Below, in pieces: positions 34,354-39,052 of a stretch of 39,052 nucleotides of DNA. The first letter of the stretch is position 1. Each line of letters opens with the position of its first letter. Both the position numbers and the translations under genes were made by a program. Source of the DNA: Thermoplasmata archaeon (lineage in GTDB: Archaea > Thermoplasmatota > Thermoplasmata > Lutacidiplasmatales > UBA184); NCBI GenBank assembly GCA_030046135.1, contig JASIEC010000140.1:1-39052 (forward strand), in the 5' to 3' direction. A model generated the notes under the pieces. It saw only the letters and a list, made by a program, of their open reading frames with translations, was not told the DNA's origin and searched no databases.

Positions 34354-35196
34354 TCAGTCCCGGGGCCCGACGGGCCCGGACCAGGTCGCGAGCGCCTCGA
34401 CCCGGTGGGAGGTGACGGCCCGGTCGCCGACCTGGGCGCGGACCGTGGCGATCGCCCGTTCGAGCGCGGCCGGAGGGATCCGGAGGGTGTAGCGATGCGC
34501 TCGGGCCGCGAGCGCGTCGAGGCGTCGGGCGAGGGGGACGGTAACGGTCCGGTCGCTCAGCGTCACGAGCCGGCTCGGGGGGAGACGGGTCAGGAGCTTG
34601 CGCTCCTCGACGGCGGGACCGCCGCGGTCGGGGACCTGGTACCCCGCCTTCACGAGCTCCTCGCGCACGAGGCGCCGGGCCTCGTCCGGCGAACGCGTCC
34701 CGTCCGCCCCCGACGGTCGGGGGTGCACCACGGCGAACGCGCCCTTCGGCCCGGCCCGGACCGCCTCGGCGATCGCCCGCTCGGGGGCCTCGAGGACGTG
34801 GAGGACATGGACGAAGAGCGCCGCGTCGAAGCTCCGGTCGGCGAACGGCAGCCGGTACGCGCTCGCCCGGAGGAGACGCGGCAGGCCTTTCGCGCGCGCG
34901 TGGGCGAGCATGCCGCGCGAGACGTCGATTCCCGTCACCTCCAAGCCCCGGTCGGTCAGCGGTCGCGCGATCCGGCCGGTCCCGACGCCGACCTCGAGGA
35001 TCCGCTCGACCCCCTCGCGTCGGAGCTCCGTCACGAGGGCCCCCAGGGTCGCCTCGTCCAGCGGGTCCCGCGTCGCGTCGTAGACCGGCGAGATCCGATC
35101 GAAGTCGGAGGCGATCTCGCGCGTGCCCACGCTCGGCGATGGACCCTCGTGTATTTCCCGTTGGCCGGCGGGCGACGGGTCCCGGGCGAAGACCAT
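34354..35196 (-). CDS. Class I SAM-dependent methyltransferase (Methyltransf_11-like)
   Basis: Contains ILEVGVGTGRIARPL, IDVSRGML and LPFADRSFDAALFVHVLH. ATG 35196 is the longest plausible start. GTG 35130 is an alternative that sits ~25 nt downstream of the TATA-like GGAAATAC (35151-35158, minus strand). The track extension to 35628 is shadow sequence. Confidence 0.8.
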   Translation of the reverse strand: MVFARDPSPAGQREIHEGPSPSVGTREIASDFDRISPVYDATRDPLDEATLGALVTELRREGVERILEVGVGTGRIARPLTDRGLEVTGIDVSRGMLAHARAKGLPRLLRASAYRLPFADRSFDAALFVHVLHVLEAPERAIAEAVRAGPKGAFAVVHPRPSGADGTRSPDEARRLVREELVKAGYQVPDRGGPAVEERKLLTRLPPSRLVTLSDRTVTVPLARRLDALAARAHRYTLRIPPAALERAIATVRAQVGDRAVTSHRVEALATWSGPVGPRD

Positions 35197-35238
35197 AAGA
35201 CCCGGACCGCCCCGAACCCGCCGGGGGGCAGCGCGTCG

Positions 35239-35655
35239 ATGGACGGCAAAGTCACGGTGATCGGCCTGGTGGTGACGGATCAGGCTCGATCGCTCGCGTT
35301 CTTCACCGACAAGGCGGGGTTCGACAAGAAGACCGACATCTCGGCTCCGGGAGGCGGCCGGTGGGTCACGGTCGCTCCCCGAGGCGAGGCCCTGGAGATC
35401 ACCCTCTGGCAGGTCGGATCGGCCGTCGACCCCTCCCAGAGCGCGGCCGCGCGGAGCTGGGCCCCGGCCAAGTCGCCGCCGATCGTTCTCCTCGTGCCGA
35501 ACTGCCGCAAGGCCTACCAGGAGCTCAGTGCCCGCGGGGTGGAGTTCCTCCAGGCGCCGGTCGACCATCCGTGGGGGACGACCGCGACGTTCCAGGACCC
35601 GGACGGGAATCTCTTCTCGATGAATCAACCTCCGGGGTCGTGGCCGAAGGCGTAG
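35239..35655 (+). CDS. VOC/glyoxalase-family protein
   Basis: 138 aa from ATG 35239 (MDGKVTVIGLVVTDQARSLAFFTDKAGF...HPWGTTATFQDPDGNLF). The track ORF start at 34405 is shadow sequence. Confidence 0.8.
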   Translation: MDGKVTVIGLVVTDQARSLAFFTDKAGFDKKTDISAPGGGRWVTVAPRGEALEITLWQVGSAVDPSQSAAARSWAPAKSPPIVLLVPNCRKAYQELSARGVEFLQAPVDHPWGTTATFQDPDGNLFSMNQPPGSWPKA

Positions 35656-35765
35656 GGAGGGGCGCTCTCCGGCGCGGTCCGGGGATCGGGACGTGGAGGC
35701 CCCTCGCCCCCGCGATGCCCCGGAGGACTCCTCGTCTCGAGCGGCGTCCCGATGACCCCAAGAAT

Positions 35766-35772
35766 CTTATAG
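35766..35772 (+). promoter_or_regulatory. TATA-like CTTATAG upstream of the rpo7-spt4-DUF359-S24e-S27ae cluster
   Basis: Centred ~26 nt upstream of ATG 35795. It is the clearest TATA-like element in the window. Confidence 0.5.
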
Positions 35773-35794
35773 GGAGCGTCGCTCGCGCGCGCGC

Positions 35795-36445
35795 ATGTAT
35801 TATCTCGATCATCGCAAGGACGTCGTCCGGATCCCCCCGGCTCGGCTGGGGGCGGACCTCTCGAGCGTTCTCGTCGAGCTCGCCCAGCAGCAGTTCGAGG
35901 GGAAGCTGCTCGACGGGCAGAGCCTCGCGGTGACGATCCGTGACGTCAAGCCGATCGGCGAGGGCCACATCATCCACGGCGACGGCGGCGTCTACCAGGA
36001 GGTCGAGTACGAGACGCTCCTGTTCCGGCCCGAGATCCAGGAGGTCGTCGAGGGGCCGGTCGTCGAGATCCGGAAGTTCGGGGCGTTCGTCCGGTTCGGA
36101 CCCCTCGACGGGCTTCTCCACGTTTCGCAGATCATGGACGACCGGGTGAACATCGACGAGCACAACCAGCGGCTCGTCGGCGTCGAGTCCAAGAAGGACC
36201 TCAAGGTCGGCTACAAGGTCCGCGCGCGGGTCGTCTCCCTCTCGCTCTCCGAGATCTCCCCCCGGGACTCGCGGATCGGCCTCACGATGCGCCAGCCCGC
36301 GCTCGGCCGCCTCGAGTGGATCCAGGAGGCGCACCGGAGGGCCGAGGAGAAGGGCGGCCGCAAGGCGGCCCCCCCGCCGGCCGCGCCGAAGCGCTCGTCC
36401 GGCAAGACGACCCCCGCCGCCAAGGGGCCGGTCGCCGCGGGGTGA
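35795..36445 (+). CDS. rpoE: DNA-directed RNA polymerase subunit E' (Rpo7) with S1 domain and a basic Ala/Pro-rich tail
   Basis: 216 aa. Starts MYYLDHRKDVVRIPP, has the S1 domain EGPVVEIRKFGAFVRFGPLDGLLHVSQI, and ends in the tail AEEKGGRKAAPPPAAPKRSSGKTTPAAKGPVAAG. Confidence 0.92.
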   Translation: MYYLDHRKDVVRIPPARLGADLSSVLVELAQQQFEGKLLDGQSLAVTIRDVKPIGEGHIIHGDGGVYQEVEYETLLFRPEIQEVVEGPVVEIRKFGAFVRFGPLDGLLHVSQIMDDRVNIDEHNQRLVGVESKKDLKVGYKVRARVVSLSLSEISPRDSRIGLTMRQPALGRLEWIQEAHRRAEEKGGRKAAPPPAAPKRSSGKTTPAAKGPVAAG

Positions 36446-36454
36446 TCGCCTCCC

Positions 36455-36640
36455 ATGATGAACCTCAAGGCGTGCAAGAGCTGCAACACGATCACCGACC
36501 AGGCGAAGTGCCCCCGGTGCGGGGGGGAGGTCTCCCGGGAGTGGCAGGGGTACCTCGTCGTCATCGATCCCGAGAAGTCGGAGATCGCCCGCAAGATGGG
36601 GATCCGCGCCGCGGGCCGGTACGCGCTCCGTGTCAAGTGA
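36455..36640 (+). CDS. spt4: Transcription elongation factor Spt4 (RpoE'')
   Basis: 61 aa with Zn ribbon CKSC...CPRCG and WQGYLVVIDPEKSEIA. The SD GGGGTGATC (36439-36447) lies 7 nt upstream of the ATG. Confidence 0.9.
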   Translation: MMNLKACKSCNTITDQAKCPRCGGEVSREWQGYLVVIDPEKSEIARKMGIRAAGRYALRVK

Positions 36641-37163
36641 GGGGCGCGTCTGGGTCGTCCCGCCGGCGCTCCGGGCGAGCCTCGCCGAACGGTACGGACC
36701 CGTCTACGCTGGCGAGGAGGCCGACCGGCGCATCCTCGCTCTCGGCGCCTTCGCCACGTGCGGCGACCAGGTCACGGCCCGAGCCCTCGAGCTGGGCCAC
36801 CCCCCGCTCGTCGGCGTCGTGGACTACAAGACCCGCCGGAACGAGCCGATCCCGCGGGACCGCTTCCGCGAGCTCGGCGCCCGCCGGACCGTGCGGGTCG
36901 CGAACCCGGCCGGGACGCTCACCGAGCGGCTGCGCTCGGCGGTCCGACAGATTGTCTCGGACGGCGGCGGGCTCGTCGAGGTCGACGGCGAGGAGGATCT
37001 CGCCGCCCTCGCGCTCGTGGAGTCGCTCCCCGCCGGAGCGACCGTTATATACGGCATCCCGGGTGAGGGGGTCTCCTTCGTCCGCGTTGACGCGGTGACG
37101 AAGGCTCACGTCCACGATCTGATCGCCCAGATGGAGTTGCGCAGGAGCGAGCGTGGAGATTAG
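36630..37163 (+). CDS. DUF359 protein, the GTP-dependent dephospho-CoA kinase family
   Basis: 177 aa with a GTG start that overlaps spt4 by 11 nt. Motifs: TCGDQVT, VVDYKTRR, GEEDLAALA, IYGIPGEG. Its position between spt4 and S24e is the conserved one. No clear SD, so the start is uncertain. Confidence 0.8.
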   Translation: MSSEGRVWVVPPALRASLAERYGPVYAGEEADRRILALGAFATCGDQVTARALELGHPPLVGVVDYKTRRNEPIPRDRFRELGARRTVRVANPAGTLTERLRSAVRQIVSDGGGLVEVDGEEDLAALALVESLPAGATVIYGIPGEGVSFVRVDAVTKAHVHDLIAQMELRRSERGD

Positions 37164-37539
37164 AATCGTCGAGGATCGGGCGAACCCTCTCCTGCACCGG
37201 CACGAGATCCGGTTCGAGGTCGCGCACCCGACGGCGGCGACCCCGGCGCGCGACGCCGTCCGCGCCGAGCTGGCGAAGATCGTGAAGGCGGCGAAGGATC
37301 GCGTCGTCATCGAGCGGATGGAAGCCCGGTTCGGAACGGCCCTCACCCTCGGCGACGCGAACGTCTACGATTCCGCCGAGGCGGCGAAGTCGATCAGCCG
37401 GGAGCACATCCTCGTCCGCAACGGCCTCAAGGAGCGAGCCGCCAAGGGCGCGGCGGCGGCTCCGGCCGAGGCCGCGCCGGCGGCCCCGCCGGCCCCTCCG
37501 GCGACGCCGGCTCCGGCGGCCAAGCCGGCCAAGGAGTGA
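37153..37539 (+). CDS. rps24e: 30S ribosomal protein S24e with Ala/Pro-rich C-terminal tail
   Basis: 128 aa. GTG start is preceded by AGGAG (37143-37147). Starts (M)[22 protein letters not shown] and contains HILVRNGL. The tail is [34 protein letters not shown]. Confidence 0.9.
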   Translation: MEIRIVEDRANPLLHRHEIRFEVAHPTAATPARDAVRAELAKIVKAAKDRVVIERMEARFGTALTLGDANVYDSAEAAKSISREHILVRNGLKERAAKGAAAAPAEAAPAAPPAPPATPAPAAKPAKE

Positions 37540-37543
37540 GCCG

Positions 37544-37735
37544 ATGGCGAAGGCCCGCGTGGGACTCTACGACGTCAAGGGCGACACGTTCACGCGGACG
37601 CACCGGGCCTGCCCGAAGTGCGGCGCGGGCACGTTCCTCGCCGAGCACAAGGACCGGCGGAGCTGCGGACGGTGCGGGTACTCCGAGTCGAAGACCCCAC
37701 CGCCCGCCCGCAGCAAGCCGGCGAAGCCGGCGTAG
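37544..37735 (+). CDS. rps27ae: 30S ribosomal protein S27ae
   Basis: 63 aa with Zn ribbon [24 protein letters not shown]. The SD AGGAGTGA (37532-37539) overlaps the S24e stop. Confidence 0.9.
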   Translation: MAKARVGLYDVKGDTFTRTHRACPKCGAGTFLAEHKDRRSCGRCGYSESKTPPPARSKPAKPA

Positions 37736-37818
37736 CGGGTCCCCGATCCCCCTCGGCCGAGCCGCGGTTCGAGGGCGGGCGGAGCGGGGAGTTCGGTCGA
37801 CTCCCGCGGAGGCGGGAA

Positions 37819-37825
37819 GCTAAAG
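37819..37825 (+). promoter_or_regulatory. TATA-like GCTAAAG upstream of tRNA-Arg
   Basis: Centred ~37 nt upstream of the mature 5' end at 37859. Confidence 0.4.
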
Positions 37826-37858
37826 CCGAGGGCCGGCTGGCGGCCCTCGGTTCGTACC

Positions 37859-37932
37859 GGGCCCGTAGTATAGCTTGGATATCACGGAGGCCTCCGGAGC
37901 CTCAAACCCGGGTTCGAATCCCGGCGGGCCCG
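37859..37932 (+). tRNA. tRNA-Arg (anticodon CCG)
   Basis: 74 nt. Acceptor stem is GGGCCCG/CGGGCCC with discriminator G. Anticodon arm is GAGGC/CTCCGGA/GCCTC and T arm is CCGGG/TTCGAAT/CCCGG. The D stem only pairs well if one C is bulged. CCA is not encoded. A TTTT run follows 6 nt downstream. Confidence 0.85.
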
Positions 37933-37937
37933 TACCA

Positions 37938-37941
37938 TTTT
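37938..37941 (+). terminator. Oligo-T tract (TTTT) just downstream of tRNA-Arg
   Basis: T runs are rare in this GC-rich sequence, and this one begins 6 nt after the tRNA 3' end. Archaeal termination commonly uses oligo-T. Confidence 0.35.
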
Positions 37942-38239
37942 CCTCACGGAACCCACTCGGGCGGTCGGCTCCAGCCCGGGGGAGAAGCCTTGCCGACCCG
38001 CCGGGCGATCCTCACCGAATCGTTCGGGCGGCTCGCGGCGGGATAGCGCGGCCTGTCGCGTGACCCTCCCGGCGCTGCTGCGTAAGTCTGGTGACGCCGT
38101 AGAGGCTCACGGTCGTCCTCCGGCAATTCGGCTCCCAGCGGTGGCCGGGTCGGCTCCATCGCGGTGTGCGTGCCCGTCGATCTTCGAGGTCTTCCTCTGA
38201 GAACTCACGAGGCCGCGCTCCCAACCCGCGGGCCCAGCG

Positions 38240-38671
38240 TCACTTACGTGCACTCGCGGCGAGATTCCCGGAGTGTACCTTTGAATGCGACTTCAGCTTG
38301 ACGCTCGCCCGCACGAGCGCCCGAATCGCCGGCGCATCGAACTTCCCCGCTTCACGAATGTCGATGGCCCGGGACTTGCCGTCCAACTGTGCGTTGAAGA
38401 GCTTCTTGGGATCGGGGAGGCGCGAGCCGTCGGGGAACACGATCCGGACGCGCTCCTTGAGCGGGACCACGATGCAGACGATGCCGTAGCGCTCGAACGT
38501 AGCGCAGCCCAGCGGGCGGCCCGGTCTCCTCCACTTCGAGGCCTCGACGATCTCGGGTTCCGACGCGTGGATCACCGACCGAATCCTCTCGAGGGTCTCG
38601 CTCCGCCAGTCGGGCAGGGCCGCGATGATGGCATCCACGTCCGGGCTTCGGACGGTCACGCCCCCCGGCAT
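38240..38671 (-). CDS. DUF1801 (YdhG-like) domain protein
   Basis: 143 aa. IIAALPDWRSETLERIRSVIHASEPEIVEASKWRRP...RVRIVFPDG is the typical DUF1801 layout. Local GC is lower (about 55% in a sampled line). Confidence 0.7.
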   Translation of the reverse strand: MPGGVTVRSPDVDAIIAALPDWRSETLERIRSVIHASEPEIVEASKWRRPGRPLGCATFERYGIVCIVVPLKERVRIVFPDGSRLPDPKKLFNAQLDGKSRAIDIREAGKFDAPAIRALVRASVKLKSHSKVHSGNLAASARK

Positions 38672-38800
38672 CGAGTCTCGCGATTTAGGGACTCGGACCC
38701 CCGAGTCGGCGTGTGCTTGGCTTCGTCCGCGTCTCCGGATACGGGGCGGTCTCGCAGAGGGCCCCGGGGGCCTGTGCCCCTCCCCCGAAGGGAATCCCCC

Positions 38801-39052
38801 TCAGTCCCACACCCGTTCGAGCCCGGGGATCCTCGCGAGTTCTCGGTCGTTCGTCACCAGAGGAACTCGGCGCGCTACAGCGTCGGCGGCGATTAACCGA
38901 TCGTGAAGCTCGGGGACGTCCAGGTCCAAGAAGACTCCCCAGCCGGCGGCGTCCAGGGTCGACAGCCGGATGTAACCGCCGGCCCGGATCTGATCGACGA
39001 CCTCCTCTACCAGTCCCCTCGGATGCTCAAGTCCCAGCCTCCCCCGGAGGGC
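38801..39052 (-). CDS. PIN-domain (VapC-like) toxin, C-terminal 83 aa only; 5' end lies beyond the window
   Basis: It is absent from the ORF track because no start codon lies in the window. The reverse-complement frame is open from 39052 to TGA (38801-38803). It reads ...LHDRLIAADAVARRVPLVTNDRELARIPGLERVWD, which has the typical PIN C-terminal acidic motifs. Confidence 0.75.
   Translation of the reverse strand, partial: ALRGRLGLEHPRGLVEEVVDQIRAGGYIRLSTLDAAGWGVFLDLDVPELHDRLIAADAVARRVPLVTNDRELARIPGLERVWD

Noticed and set aside
34405-35628. Long mutually antisense ORFs 34354..35628(-) and 34405..35655(+) taken at full length
   Set aside because: Only the 3' part of each carries domain signal (SAM methyltransferase up to about 35196, VOC fold from 35239). 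The extensions overlap each other's real coding regions with shadow composition.
37875-38063. 62-aa ORF overlapping the 3' half of tRNA-Arg, and the small minus-strand ORFs 37944..38159 and 38012..38224
   Set aside because: The first overlaps a well-folded tRNA. All three have shadow-like composition, no motifs and no promoter or SD signals.
38262-38282. Possible degenerate copy of the tRNA-Arg 3' end (GATTCCCGGAGTGTACCTTTG versus GAATCCCGGCGGGCCCGTACCATTT) as an att repeat
   Set aside because: Only short blocks match (TCCCGG, GTACC, TTT). It lies inside the DUF1801 coding region and would delimit an implausibly small ~350-nt element. It is most likely chance.
1-39052. Search for CRISPR arrays, IS elements, transposases, integrases and rRNA genes
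   Set aside because: I saw no regularly spaced direct repeats, no terminal inverted repeats flanking an ORF, no transposase- or integrase-like translations, and no rRNA-like segments. This reading was done by eye and cannot exclude short or degenerate elements.

Overview
This is a very GC-rich archaeal chromosomal segment. Hand counts of typical 60-nt lines give about 72% GC. It is tightly packed: I call 40 CDS and 2 tRNAs, and I see no rRNA, CRISPR array, transposase or integrase.

Most genes are housekeeping:
- Information processing: RNA polymerase subunits Rpo11/L and Rpo7/E', Spt4, TFS, Alba, ribosomal proteins S24e and S27ae, AsnRS, ProRS, KptA/Tpt1, a Trm5/Taw2-like tRNA enzyme, a Hef-like helicase and dUTPase.
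- Metabolism: PurD, glutamate dehydrogenase, archaeal type II GAPDH, aspartase, aldehyde dehydrogenase, acyl-CoA dehydrogenase, an aminotransferase, a UbiE/MenG methyltransferase, a purine phosphoribosyltransferase and the DUF359 dephospho-CoA kinase.
- The block rpo7-spt4-DUF359-S24e-S27ae is the well-known conserved archaeal cluster.

The non-housekeeping content is:
1. A translationally coupled pair at 22841-26874, made of a STAND-type P-loop NTPase-TPR protein and an NTPase-less paralog, neither with a recognisable effector domain. This is my best candidate for an undescribed system.
2. A lower-GC islet at the left edge (about 55% GC) encoding a surface protein dense in N-glycosylation sequons and a 2-TM protein.
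3. A lower-GC stretch after tRNA-Arg carrying a DUF1801 gene and a truncated PIN/VapC toxin gene.
4. Two zinc-ribbon proteins of unknown function.
5. A large membrane protein that looks like a DUF1614-like plus RDD fusion.

Sequence-level regularities:
- Four convergent gene pairs share the tetranucleotide CTAG as mutually overlapping TAG stops.
- TAG ends 20 of the 40 CDS.
- AT-rich TTAA/TTAT boxes sit about 26-33 nt upstream of most first-gene start codons, which implies short or absent leaders.
- Several nucleic-acid-binding and ribosomal proteins carry Ala/Pro/Lys-rich C-terminal tails.

The six-frame track is dominated by very long Arg/Pro/Gly-rich shadow ORFs, which I rejected.

Lineage is a guess only. 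Gene content is clearly archaeal and the proteins are not haloarchaeal-style acidic. A kumamolisin-type S53 peptidase, AsnRS and MenG are compatible with a Thermoplasmatota-like organism.
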